Under the pieces are notes generated by a model, which had not been told where the DNA came from, ran no database searches, and saw only the letters and a program-made list of their open reading frames with translations. A DNA stretch of 38,130 nucleotides, taken from positions 1-38,130 of the IMG/VR virus record IMGVR_UViG_3300029309_000111; one strand, written 5' to 3'. Positions 10,001 through 18,788 of the stretch are shown here, piece by piece. Within the stretch, counting starts at the first letter, position 1. The number at the start of each line of letters is the position of its first letter. The position numbers and the translations under genes were made by a program. The DNA comes from a virus. Lineage: Duplodnaviria; Caudoviricetes.

Positions 10001-10965
10001 TCATCACGGAAAAAATGCTAGATACCACTATTCGTAAAGGTGTTACGCAAACAGGGGCCAAGGTTTATCGTCCTGAAGATACAATAGGAGATAAAGCTTT
10101 TAAAAGTTTTGTGCACATAGCAGATTCAATAGTGCCGGGTGGTGCGCCATTTGAATTAAAAGGAATGAGAAAAGAAGATCAAAGACCAGGATTTGAACCT
10201 GGACGTTTTACTCGAAGTCTGTTCATGGAAGACACAGTTGATCCATCTGGTAATGAAAGAAGAGCAGCATCAGAACTTCTTAGAGCTTTTACAGGAGTAA
10301 CTGAAATAGAAGTTAAACCAGAAAATATTTTGATGTATAAGGGTTATGAGTACAGTAGAGGTATTCGCAGCGCCAGTCAGATATTCAACAGTGCTGTTTC
10401 GACAAGAAGCAAGCTCGATCCAGAGAATGCAAAGAGCACTTATCGTGAAGCTAATGAGGCACGATTTAGAGTCATGCGTGAGATGTATCGTAACGTGCAA
10501 AATATGAGGCGGCTGGGTATGTCAGATGCAAGCATACGTCGTGCTATGAGAAAAAATAAAGTTGGTAACATACCTCAATTAATGCGAGGTGTTTTTGAAC
10601 CTATGAAAGTAAGTCCAGAAATACGTCGTCGTGTTCGAGAAAATGACAACCGATTGCCGATAAGAGAGCTAAACGCTTTACGAAGAGAGTTTCGTAATCG
10701 GAGACTTGATGAACCTTTTGAGCCACAGGTTGAAGAAACTCCCACCTTGGACCTTGAACCTGTGTCACAGGCACCTACAATAGCACCGACCCAACAAGTT
10801 GCTGCTGCTGGCGCTCCTCCGTCCGCAGCGCAAGCGGGGGTCGCACCCCTTGGCGGCTCCCGCACCCCTTCTGCCGCTAACAACCCACAGCTTCAACAGC
10901 AGCTTGCCGGGGGAGGCAATCCGGTTGCTGCTCTTAAAAACTTACAAGCAACAGGAAATGTATAA
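7036..10965 (+). CDS. large internal virion / DNA ejection protein, 1309 aa
   Basis: N-terminal YKVEGPDGK.YEIEGPEGAT motif; NT.PNY..VP...K.....P.GNF.AFP.EI.RT core typical of large podoviral ejection proteins; last gene of the tail module. Confidence 0.7.
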   Translation: MATYKVEGPDGKDYEIEGPEGATEQQILSAAQELIKIPGQEPISETQESTTQEIAEGIASGLLAIPQGIAELGTAGVDAIYDTDYSSDVTKFFDGVRESAGIDPEGTAGEIAEVITQFAVPGLGAAGAVSKIARIANSGTLVRRAAQVGAASATDALVATDGVTTLGDFFQAGPTQTEDTIGLEGKEKAQARIANRLSFALEAGGATAILPEALKAVGIGGRVVTKAATPIVAPVVRKAILPAAEAISKPIRKLAEQDDFVGNGLNAMASVFRSRGNLPQDVFEVRSRITGQVEADLNEASRYLKPIQKGLDDVFKKSETVMVEGTPLARSEVTNRLYGYLTKDPDFVRNAEELGVPLEDMLPDFMRSSAVQMRGQIDKLSRSIENSDYLTTRDADDVVNAINNNIGSYLRRKYKIFEDKNFVNSAEFAEARKEAVNFFKASPKAAESLFNDLNNVSVPDDFFVGVGKSQRVSDRAAEDLVASFTNKYANRGRRPIKAGTEAQARVADNKIKEALFKSRQVNNPYLRRLLGEIKDPQEAYISTVADLAEFKAVDDYFKTIRLKFVDKGNDFISEARFAEAPSLYEGYQQLGKGFGSIEGVYVPERIYNDLTRLTVGDAGTMGNIMKASYSSFLRAKGITQYAKTVLSPITQVRNVTSASLFALSQGNVGGGANLFESFSTVLGNIHKRNPASRAKYYENLQRLGVVGTQTQVREMDRLIGEGLGFTRQADADIMGVPIGQKTSNVFTRSKVGKLLTSANTGARAYYQGGDDLWKIYNFEFEKSKITQAFGSEAAATRALGMSTDEYAADIVRNTVPNYERVPEFVKGIRKLPIGNFIAFPAEIIRTSANTFGQALKELASDNRAMQEIGMRRLIGFTSTAVVAPAALQKMAMDLTGVSQEQLDAARESGPPWQKNSRLIPTSTDEQGNLTGYIDYSYTNPYDYLQRPALAVLNSINRGEALGKDFMETATDATLGAVVEVLEPFAGESIITEKMLDTTIRKGVTQTGAKVYRPEDTIGDKAFKSFVHIADSIVPGGAPFELKGMRKEDQRPGFEPGRFTRSLFMEDTVDPSGNERRAASELLRAFTGVTEIEVKPENILMYKGYEYSRGIRSASQIFNSAVSTRSKLDPENAKSTYREANEARFRVMREMYRNVQNMRRLGMSDASIRRAMRKNKVGNIPQLMRGVFEPMKVSPEIRRRVRENDNRLPIRELNALRREFRNRRLDEPFEPQVEETPTLDLEPVSQAPTIAPTQQVAAAGAPPSAAQAGVAPLGGSRTPSAANNPQLQQQLAGGGNPVAALKNLQATGNV

Positions 10966-11414
10966 TGAACAAGGACAAACTACGCGAAGAGATCGCGGAA
11001 GATGAAGGATGTAAGTACGAGATTTATCTCGACCACCTTGGTCTGCCAACGACAGGAATCGGGCATTTAATTACTGAGTCAGATGAAGAGTATGGCAAGC
11101 CCGTCGGCACAGTCGTTGAACAGGAACGAGTCAAACAACTATTCACTTTAGACATGGCGGTGACCATCGATGAGTGCAAAGTATTGTATCCTGACTTCGA
11201 TGACCTGCCCGAAGAGTGTCAGCACATCATTGCAAATATGATGTTCAACATGGGAAGACCCAGACTCAGCAAGTTCAAAGGCATGAAAGCCGGAGTAGAT
11301 GCCCGTGATTGGAACGCCGCAGCCGACGAAATGGTGGACTCGAGGTGGTACACGCAGGTTCCTAACCGTGCAAGGCGCTTAGTCGATAGAATGCGCGACC
11401 TTGCAAGTGACTGA
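10965..11414 (+). CDS. lysozyme / endolysin (GH24, T4-like)
   Basis: DEG....IYLDHLGLPTTGIGH carries the E-D-T catalytic arrangement; also MMFNMG and DSRWYTQVPNRA. Confidence 0.92.
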   Translation: MNKDKLREEIAEDEGCKYEIYLDHLGLPTTGIGHLITESDEEYGKPVGTVVEQERVKQLFTLDMAVTIDECKVLYPDFDDLPEECQHIIANMMFNMGRPRLSKFKGMKAGVDARDWNAAADEMVDSRWYTQVPNRARRLVDRMRDLASD

Positions 11415-11425
11415 AAACACTAAAT

Positions 11426-11503
11426 AAAAACATCGATTCTCGTGGACCTCGTGAACAACGGACGTACCGTTATACCTTCAGGTCGCTGAGAATCGATCTT
11501 TTT
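11426..11503. terminator. long bulged hairpin / probable bidirectional terminator between convergent operons
   Basis: AAAAA-C-ATCGATTCTC (11432-11441) pairs with GAGAATCGAT (11488-11497)-C-TTTTT; inner stems GACCT/AGGTC and AACGG/CCGTT. Confidence 0.65.
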
Positions 11504-11651
11504 CGGACTCAGCCTTCTGAATCAGGCTCTCAACCTCATGAAGTTTGCTGATTGCCTCATCGATCAGGCCGGACTCGTGCTTCAAGAACAACTGAGTCAC
11601 AGCCTGGACCGCCTGATTAACCGAAATCTTTGCTTCAGAGAAGTCGTTCAT
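11478..11651 (-). CDS. hypothetical 57-aa helical protein (not in ORF track)
   Basis: MNDFSEAKISVNQAVQAVTQLFLKHESGLIDEAISKLHEVESLIQKAESEKDRFSAT*; ATGA overlap with the upstream gene. Confidence 0.6.
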   Translation of the reverse strand: MNDFSEAKISVNQAVQAVTQLFLKHESGLIDEAISKLHEVESLIQKAESEKDRFSAT

Positions 11652-11857
11652 TTTTTCTTCGGTGGTCTACCGCGCTTCTTGGCCTTTGGTGGACGACCAC
11701 GTTTCTTGGCAGGTGCTTTGCCGCCCTTCCACGCTTCGTTGATGGTCGGAGTCTTCTTATCGTCCGCCTTCAAACGTCCATCCATATATCTAGCTCTCTC
11801 CGGTTTCTTAGTAAGACACGGAAAGAACAAGTTCACAAACTTATCCCATAGATTCAT
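11648..11857 (-). CDS. small basic protein with two AT-hooks
   Basis: GAGGAG RBS; C-terminus KGGKAPAKKRGRPPKAKKRGRPPKKK; RAR..DG...ADD..TP..NEAW motif. Confidence 0.75.
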   Translation of the reverse strand: MNLWDKFVNLFFPCLTKKPERARYMDGRLKADDKKTPTINEAWKGGKAPAKKRGRPPKAKKRGRPPKKK

Positions 11858-12095
11858 CGTCTATCTCCTCAATAGTTTTATTCCATATAAATATGGGTGT
11901 CCTTTCTCCTACATAGGCACCCACCACGTTGTAATCAAAGTACTCAACAGCCTCCTCATCTGTCATACCCTGATCGATAAGAATTTGTATGCACTTGTCA
12001 GCATCGTATGCAACAAGGCTTGGGTCACCACATCTTTCCGATGTGCCAATCACCGCTTCTTCAAATCCTGTAGCCAGCACTAAGCCTGAACTCAT
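11841..12095 (-). CDS. conserved phage hypothetical protein
   Basis: ATGA-coupled to the polymerase; GFEEAVIG...YD..KCI..L...MT.EEA.EYF.YN..GAY.GE.TP pattern seen in many phages. Confidence 0.75.
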   Translation of the reverse strand: MSSGLVLATGFEEAVIGTSERCGDPSLVAYDADKCIQILIDQGMTDEEAVEYFDYNVVGAYVGERTPIFIWNKTIEEIDDESMG

Positions 12096-13999
12096 CCTAC
12101 TTCTCCCCAGTTTTTGCCCAGTTCTGCATCAACCTCGAAGGGCACCTTTAAATCTGGCACACAAGTTGACATGATTTCAACAATCTTGTCCGATTGTTCT
12201 TGACTCTCGACACTGAAGCACAACTCGTCATGCACTGTAAGCATGGGTGTCAGACCCTCTGCATGACAATCTACCATCGCTTTCTTTGTCTGGTCGGCAC
12301 TCGAACCTTGGATCAGTTTATTCAACGCCTTGTATGTAAAGGCACGACGTATCATACCCTTGCCGCCATACTCTTTAATCGCCTCCTCGAGCTTCATGGC
12401 CTTGTTGAATCCGAATGACCGTGGCTCCCACATATCAAACCTACACTTACGCCCCAGCCATGTGCGTATCGAACCGTTCTTCGATGCTGTGTCTGCCGCC
12501 AGATCAGCTATACCTTTCACAAATGGCACCCTTTCATGATACTTCTCGAGCAAAGCCTTGGCCTCGATCTCATCGATGTCCATCACACCAGCCAGCTTCT
12601 TACGTCCCATGCCATACATGATCCCCAGATTCACAGTCTTGGCTTCCTTGCGAGTAATGTCCGCCAGATCCGCAACCATCTGATGGAAGTCAGCGTTGCC
12701 CTCATGGTACATATTAATTACATTGTCTATCTGAGGGTGCCTGTGTACGCCCGTTAGTTGAGCACAGTAATGTGCCAGCCACCGTGGCTCTTGTGATGCA
12801 TAGTCGAAGCTGCCCCACTGTGTGCCCTCTTCAGGCAAAAACAAGCCACGGATCATGGACTTTATCTCTGGATCTCTGGCCGGAATCTGCTGTAGATTTG
12901 GGTGACTCGATGAGAATCTGCCAGTAACCGTGCCACCTTCATCAGAGCGAAGCGGATTGAAATCACAATGGATACGACCATTACACGAATGTTCAAGTAT
13001 TGTCTCAACAAAGGTCGTGTTGGCCTTGTTGAATTCACGCAATTTCACAATCTTCTTTGCGATAGGATGCGAGTGATTGCTAAGAAACTGCTTTGTAAAG
13101 GAGGGGGCATCCGTGCTTTCTGTCCTATGGTATTTAAGACCAAGGGCATCGAACGCCTTTGCTACAGATGCAGCCGCCCACGGTTCAACCGTCACCCCGG
13201 TATCGGCCCGTATTTCTTCTAACAGTTTCTTTTCTCGTATCTGTAAATCCTTTTGTATCTTCTCTGCCCCGTCAATATCGACACGCACACCTTTAGTTTT
13301 CATCTCAAGAAGCACGGGTAACAGGCTGGATTCCAACTTAAATATGCTTGTAACTTCGTCCTGCTTGATGTCCACACGCAGCCTGTCCCACAGGCGCAGA
13401 GTCACAGAAGCGTCCTGTTCGGCGTAGCTGCCCACAAATTTCGAGGGCAGTCGCCACATGTCACTCTTTGGATCCACATGATACATCGCCGCCGCAGCCC
13501 GTAGCATCTTCTCGTTCTTGTACTCGCCAAGATATTCACCTGTCAGCGAGTTAAGATTGTAGAATCTACGATTCTCGTTTAACAGTGGCGCGGCTATCAT
13601 GGTATCGATTATCGGTCCTTGAACCTCGATCCCTGCCCAGCGCAACCAACCCAGATCATACATGGCATTGTGCATGACCTTCTCTATCTTGGGTGTGGCT
13701 AGTTGTTTCTTCAGCCAGTTGACCACCAGCTTCTCTGGCAGATTGCCGTCTTCATGACGCACAGGATAGTAGCCAACGAAGTCACCAGCCGCCACAGCGT
13801 AGCCTATGACATAGCCATCACCCCGGCACCACCCCGGCCCCAGTGTTGTTATGTTCGGATCTCTTGTTTCCAAGTCGATTGCGATACGATCATACCCTGT
13901 AAGATCAGGAAAGGATGACGGCGGCTCCCACTCATCATCACCAAAACCAAGCGCAGCTTCTTTGACATCAATATCAAGAAGGTTCATTTGCTTATCCAT
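12092..13999 (-). CDS. polA: DNA polymerase family A with 3'-5' exonuclease
   Basis: ExoI DLET, ExoII HNAMYD, TGRFSSSHPNLQQIP, motif A DYASQEPR, motif B RKEAKTVNLGIMYG, motif C TVHDEL. Confidence 0.96.
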   Translation of the reverse strand: MDKQMNLLDIDVKEAALGFGDDEWEPPSSFPDLTGYDRIAIDLETRDPNITTLGPGWCRGDGYVIGYAVAAGDFVGYYPVRHEDGNLPEKLVVNWLKKQLATPKIEKVMHNAMYDLGWLRWAGIEVQGPIIDTMIAAPLLNENRRFYNLNSLTGEYLGEYKNEKMLRAAAAMYHVDPKSDMWRLPSKFVGSYAEQDASVTLRLWDRLRVDIKQDEVTSIFKLESSLLPVLLEMKTKGVRVDIDGAEKIQKDLQIREKKLLEEIRADTGVTVEPWAAASVAKAFDALGLKYHRTESTDAPSFTKQFLSNHSHPIAKKIVKLREFNKANTTFVETILEHSCNGRIHCDFNPLRSDEGGTVTGRFSSSHPNLQQIPARDPEIKSMIRGLFLPEEGTQWGSFDYASQEPRWLAHYCAQLTGVHRHPQIDNVINMYHEGNADFHQMVADLADITRKEAKTVNLGIMYGMGRKKLAGVMDIDEIEAKALLEKYHERVPFVKGIADLAADTASKNGSIRTWLGRKCRFDMWEPRSFGFNKAMKLEEAIKEYGGKGMIRRAFTYKALNKLIQGSSADQTKKAMVDCHAEGLTPMLTVHDELCFSVESQEQSDKIVEIMSTCVPDLKVPFEVDAELGKNWGEVG

Positions 14000-14261
14000 C
14001 GTTTATGATTTCACCTCCAAGGGCGGCATAACCTATGATGTCTACCCATGAGTCATCCTTTGTTATGTCCTCGCTTAATCTAGCTAATTTGAGTCCCACC
14101 ATGCAAGCCACCACCTGTTCGGGTGTAATCTCCTGCTCGAGTATGATGCTCCATATCTGTGCAATACGTTCATGGTTCTTTCTGGCCGGGCCGTATTCCT
14201 TGGCTCTTGGACCGTTGATAAGCTCTTCTGCTGTCTTCAAAAAGAATTGTCTGTCTTTCAT
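13992..14261 (-). CDS. DUF6378-like protein
   Basis: INGPR..EYG....N..RIA..WS...V...M...KLAR......DSWVDI.GYAALG. Confidence 0.8.
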   Translation of the reverse strand: MKDRQFFLKTAEELINGPRAKEYGPARKNHERIAQIWSIILEQEITPEQVVACMVGLKLARLSEDITKDDSWVDIIGYAALGGEIINDG

Positions 14262-15772
14262 AGCTGAAACCCATAATGTGATTGTGATTCGATAATGTGC
14301 AGGGACTTTCGAGCACGAGTCAGGCCAACATAGAATGTCCTAATCTCAGCGTCCTGATCCCTACTCTCAGCACAAGCCCTCGAAGAGTCGAGCAGCAGAG
14401 CTACGTTGTCTGCTTCACCACCCTTGGCTTTGTGTATGGTTGATATCTTTATGCGTGGCTTGCCTGTCAGGATAGACTCACCCATCCGGCGGACAGACGT
14501 AATGTATATCCGCTCGTTCTCTGATACCTTCAGCACCTCGTGCCATGGGGTGTCTGTCTCTGCTGTCAACTCGCCCAGAGTTTTGACATCACTGAAACCG
14601 TATGTTTCTTCAGCATCCAGATTACCTAGTTGTCTTCTGCCTCGCTTAGTAGTGGCATCCGCCACCAGTAGCGTTGATAGCTTCTTGATGTCCGCCGCAG
14701 ACAGGAACCTGCCCCTACATAGATTCAGCCACATCTCGATGCCGCTCAACACGTTTGGTGATATCGACCAGCCCGACCCTTCGCGCCAGTACAGATAGCC
14801 CTGATCTTTGAGATCACTCGCCACTCTGTTTGCGATGTAGTTTGTTCGAGCCAGTATCAGCCATTCGCCCGTCCTGATATCTACATCCATGATATCCCGG
14901 TGCCATGTTATTGAACCTTGGTCCTCTGTCCCTGACCATGTCTTGTCCTGTCTTGTGTGCAGGCGCTTGACCAAATGATCTGCCTCTGCGTGTATCGACA
15001 CAGGCAGGCGGTATGATTTATCAAGCACGATCTTGTTGGGGCAGGCGTTTAAGAAGTCTTTGACATCCACGCCCATCCACGAATAGATGCACTGATCATC
15101 ATCCCCGGCGTAGTAAATACGCTTGGCGTTGGGCTTCATAACCTCATGCACCATGCGCCACTGTAACGGAACCAGATCCTGTGCTTCGTCCACAATCAGA
15201 ACATCGAGCAGCGGACTGTCTCCCTGTTCGATAAAGTCCTCGATCATGTCCACGAAATCTATCTTGCCTGTCTCTTTTTTGTAGTCACGCAACACCTGAT
15301 CCACCAGCTTGAGTTGCTGGTAGTGCAGTCTGCGATCAGCCACCTCGTTGAACTGTTGCTCGATGCTGACTCCTCGAACCCGTGCCATCTGTATGATAAA
15401 CATATATGCGTCACCACTCTTGCCGGGGGTAAACAACAGACCATCGGCCATAGTGACTGACGAATTCGAGCTAAACTCAAGACCCAACAGCTTGCCGATC
15501 TTGGTAAAGTCTTTACCGATCAATACCTGCTTTGCCGTCAGACCCATGTATTGAAACGCGAAGCTATGCAACGTGCGGAACCAGACCATCTGATCCACAT
15601 CCATGTTTAGCTTTGCCGCCGCCCTCTCTCTAGCTTCTTCTGCCGCCTTACGAGAAAAAGATACGAACGCAATATGTTCAGGAAGTGTGCCATTCTCTAG
15701 CTCCTGTTGTACAATTTCAATAAGTCTTGTTGTCTTGCCCGTGCCTGGGGGTCCGAAGATTGTAGTTTCCAT
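14258..15772 (-). CDS. UvrD/Rep-like superfamily 1 helicase
   Basis: GPPGTGKT, FRTLHS, DEAQD, GDDDQCIY, SYR, STIHKAKGGEADNV, YVGLTRAR. Confidence 0.93.
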   Translation of the reverse strand: METTIFGPPGTGKTTRLIEIVQQELENGTLPEHIAFVSFSRKAAEEARERAAAKLNMDVDQMVWFRTLHSFAFQYMGLTAKQVLIGKDFTKIGKLLGLEFSSNSSVTMADGLLFTPGKSGDAYMFIIQMARVRGVSIEQQFNEVADRRLHYQQLKLVDQVLRDYKKETGKIDFVDMIEDFIEQGDSPLLDVLIVDEAQDLVPLQWRMVHEVMKPNAKRIYYAGDDDQCIYSWMGVDVKDFLNACPNKIVLDKSYRLPVSIHAEADHLVKRLHTRQDKTWSGTEDQGSITWHRDIMDVDIRTGEWLILARTNYIANRVASDLKDQGYLYWREGSGWSISPNVLSGIEMWLNLCRGRFLSAADIKKLSTLLVADATTKRGRRQLGNLDAEETYGFSDVKTLGELTAETDTPWHEVLKVSENERIYITSVRRMGESILTGKPRIKISTIHKAKGGEADNVALLLDSSRACAESRDQDAEIRTFYVGLTRARKSLHIIESQSHYGFQL

Positions 15773-17307
15773 TAGAACGGTACCTCACTATCTTGGACCT
15801 CGATACTTGGAACTTGGATCTCTCTGTTGAACGCAGGCACCCACCACACACGAAGCGGATGTGTATCACCTTTCGTAGTTCTGAATCGCTTCCTGCCATT
15901 GGCTGCACCACCAGAGTTTATCTCTTTGAGTCGCTCCTGAATCTGACCCCGGCTGTATGTATCGAACTTGTTGTTACGCAGATACTTCATCAGTGCTTCG
16001 ATCTTGAAGTATGTCATGTTGTCTTCTTCATCAGTAAACGGTTTGCCCAGACTAATCTCTTCGGCTGACTGTGCCTGTACCCGGCCATCACAAAACGACT
16101 CGAGCAGATCCATGAACTGCCCTTTGTATGTCAATTCTTCTGGCACCTCGATCTCACTCATGTCTTCCATCATGATCGACACAATGACTTGCCACTCTGC
16201 CAGCTTCATCAGCGGCGGCATCCTACGGATCTGTTCCATGCAGGCTTTTTGGAATCGTTGCGGTGTTTGCAGATCATCCGTTGTCAGTTCGACACGTTGT
16301 CCTGCCACGTCACAGAACCACACGGGCGGTTCAGATTTGACCACGCACAGTCCTGATATATCTACGTTCGAGGCATGACCACCGATGCCATACTTCTTTG
16401 TCTTGCACAGACTCTTGTTGCAAAAACTTTTGAGCGGCTCCTGATCACACGGGAAGCCATACTCTTTCTTTTCATGCTGAGTCTGGATCGTCACAACCTC
16501 TGATGCTGGCAGGGGCGGTGTGCAAAATTTATTGTTGATTTCCTCGAGCCTCGACTTCCAGTTGTCCGGCTGTTCTTTTTTGCAGCCCACGGCTGCGGCA
16601 AACATCACTGTGTTGCGTGTGCCTTCGGGTATACCCTGCCCAAACATACAGTTCAGGCAGGGTGCCCACTCTTTGAACTCATCGATCTGTTCGCCAAAGG
16701 TCAAACCAACAAAAGCCTCTGGTTCCACAGTCCTCCCATCGACGAGTTGCAAGAATTCTTTTAGTGTTGCAGCTTCTCCGTCTTCTTTAACAGCAAAGCG
16801 GAGCGTCTGTTTCGCATCAAAGTACGGAAGGTTAATAAAGTTTCCAACATCACCACGCTCGACAATAATCTGTTCTTGCTTTGGAAATATCTCACAGCCA
16901 CCGTATCCAAGATACGATGCAATCTCTGACGCTTTGTCACGGAACTCTCCTGCACTTATGTAGGTCTTAAAGAAAAAGAATATGTGTGCACCACCGGACT
17001 TGGATCGACAGACCACCGCCGGGACTTTCATGTTCCGTAGCTTCTTGTCTATCGTAGCCAGATCAAGTGGGTACTGATCGATGTCTAACGCACCGAACTT
17101 ACACTCGTTATTCTCGTTGATCGGTATCGAACCTACACCGCCCTCGCCTTTGAGGTGACCCGCAATAAGTTCAACCGTAAGTGGTTTGCGAACGATGACA
17201 GACTTGGCCTTTTGTTTGCCAGCCCTTCGTTCATTCGATATCTGTGTCTGTCCATGTGCCGCACCAAAACCCTCAAACGCAGCCATGAACCGTTGTAGGT
17301 AGCTCAT
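15772..17307 (-). CDS. AEP-superfamily primase with PriCT-like domain
   Basis: hhDhD (ALDID), SKSGGAH, EIFPKQ, GNFINLPY, then PCL...EGTRN..MF. Confidence 0.8.
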   Translation of the reverse strand: MSYLQRFMAAFEGFGAAHGQTQISNERRAGKQKAKSVIVRKPLTVELIAGHLKGEGGVGSIPINENNECKFGALDIDQYPLDLATIDKKLRNMKVPAVVCRSKSGGAHIFFFFKTYISAGEFRDKASEIASYLGYGGCEIFPKQEQIIVERGDVGNFINLPYFDAKQTLRFAVKEDGEAATLKEFLQLVDGRTVEPEAFVGLTFGEQIDEFKEWAPCLNCMFGQGIPEGTRNTVMFAAAVGCKKEQPDNWKSRLEEINNKFCTPPLPASEVVTIQTQHEKKEYGFPCDQEPLKSFCNKSLCKTKKYGIGGHASNVDISGLCVVKSEPPVWFCDVAGQRVELTTDDLQTPQRFQKACMEQIRRMPPLMKLAEWQVIVSIMMEDMSEIEVPEELTYKGQFMDLLESFCDGRVQAQSAEEISLGKPFTDEEDNMTYFKIEALMKYLRNNKFDTYSRGQIQERLKEINSGGAANGRKRFRTTKGDTHPLRVWWVPAFNREIQVPSIEVQDSEVPF

Positions 17308-17326
17308 GGGTATTCCCCTTGTTGGT

Positions 17327-17364
17327 TTGGGGTGCCGTTAGTTGATACCTAGACGACACCCCAA
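17327..17364 (-). terminator. intergenic stem-loop after the ssb-like gene (attenuator or mRNA-stabilizing)
   Basis: Minus strand TTGGGGTGTCGT-CTAG-GTATCAA-CTA-ACGGCACCCCAA; no U-tract. Confidence 0.5.
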
Positions 17365-17369
17365 GAGGT

Positions 17370-18149
17370 TTAAAACGGTACGTCGTCAGACTCAGGTGTG
17401 CTTTTCTCCTCACCAGTTCCAGTTTTAATCTCACCAGCCCTAAAGGAATTATACAGATCACGGGCTTCCATGATCGCTTCAGGTGCTACGCTATCCATCT
17501 CTTCCTGCGCTACTGCGTAGTTGAACCACGAACCTTTGTCGTTGCTCTCCTGCACAGAGGTCAGTCTCCACGGCACAGCCCACATCGGTGGGTTGAACAT
17601 ACCTTTCTGCGGATGCTGAATCTTCAGACCAGCCCTACGAGTATTCCACTGCTTGGCTATCTTCATCTGAGTCTTCTTCATATCACAGATCATCTGGATT
17701 GTTGCACCATCGGCATCGATACCCAGAACAAGGAACTGAGCAGACCGAACAAGCTCGTTACCGTTTGGTAACATCTCGACAGATCCATTACGTTCAGTCT
17801 TACGGATATCAGGATCATCGGCATTCAACTCACCCATGAATCCACCACCAGACTCGCGGAGTTGGAACTCCAGGAATTTAGTGGTATAGGCACACATCAG
17901 CACAACAAGACCTTCATCGGCCTCCCAATACTGACCAGTCACCGTATTAAAGATATCACCTGCCGAAGCACCCTTAATAAACTTAGGGTCAGTCTTCAAC
18001 AGTTGCGGAGACAGCGGCTGAAGAATACGCAAAAAAGGAATCTGCATATCGTCTGCACCGATAGTCTCCATACCCTGACCCTGACTATCAAACAGGTCAT
18101 CCATTAGATTTGCCACCGCAGTGGACTTTGCATTTGCTACATTTGCCAT
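17370..18149 (-). CDS. putative single-stranded DNA-binding protein
   Basis: Probable start MANVANAK at 18149 with GAGGAG RBS; IPFLRILQ.LSPQ, N.KGSWF, and acidic C-terminal DDVPF tail. Confidence 0.65.
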   Translation of the reverse strand: MANVANAKSTAVANLMDDLFDSQGQGMETIGADDMQIPFLRILQPLSPQLLKTDPKFIKGASAGDIFNTVTGQYWEADEGLVVLMCAYTTKFLEFQLRESGGGFMGELNADDPDIRKTERNGSVEMLPNGNELVRSAQFLVLGIDADGATIQMICDMKKTQMKIAKQWNTRRAGLKIQHPQKGMFNPPMWAVPWRLTSVQESNDKGSWFNYAVAQEEMDSVAPEAIMEARDLYNSFRAGEIKTGTGEEKSTPESDDVPF

Positions 18150-18153
18150 GATT

Positions 18154-18717
18154 TTAGCTCCTCGATATCTTGGCTTCTGTTCCAACATGAATTCCGAACG
18201 TCTCGAAATCGATCTCTTGACCCTTCTCAATACGCTCCTTTGCCCATGCTTTTAACTTCATGGGGTGGACGTGTTGTTTTTGGGCTGGGTCAAGCCCCTT
18301 GTTTCGGAGTTCATCAACGACGGCTCCTGCCACATTATCCTGTCCTGCATTAAAGGACACAGTCACATCATTCTTGATAATGTCACCTTCGCCGATGGAA
18401 CGTATCCAAGCAAAAGCCTCATCACGTTTCTCCTCGCTGATTCGAGCGTGAACAAACTGGCGCAGCTTCACCTTGTTGCCATCAACTTCAATGCTGTCCA
18501 TACCCATCTCGCTCATGAGAGCAGGTATGTCCTCTTCGTTGACTTTTCTTTTACGGTATTTGAGATCCTTCAAACGCTGCTCTGTTGCAGCAATGTCATC
18601 CTCGATCTCCATAGACTGACGAACCAGAGTCGATAGCGTACTACCTTTCTCTGTGCTCACCTTGTCGAACTTCTGGGCATCGACCTCCTCATCTATTAGC
18701 GAGAATATATCGCTCAT
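18154..18717 (-). CDS. conserved phage replication-module protein
   Basis: Strong AAGGAG RBS; coiled coil, then IP..M.E.G, AF.W.R..G.GDIIKN and VHP..LKAW motifs. Confidence 0.75.
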   Translation of the reverse strand: MSDIFSLIDEEVDAQKFDKVSTEKGSTLSTLVRQSMEIEDDIAATEQRLKDLKYRKRKVNEEDIPALMSEMGMDSIEVDGNKVKLRQFVHARISEEKRDEAFAWIRSIGEGDIIKNDVTVSFNAGQDNVAGAVVDELRNKGLDPAQKQHVHPMKLKAWAKERIEKGQEIDFETFGIHVGTEAKISRS

Positions 18718-18788
18718 CTTCCTTCTCCTTCGTTAAAGTTTAACCCCTTCGGGTACAATGCAGACGGTATAGTCTGCCCCCCGCTTGG

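Noticed and set aside
11538-12083. 181-aa plus-strand ORF
   Set aside because: It is antisense to three translationally coupled minus-strand genes with better RBS or motif support.
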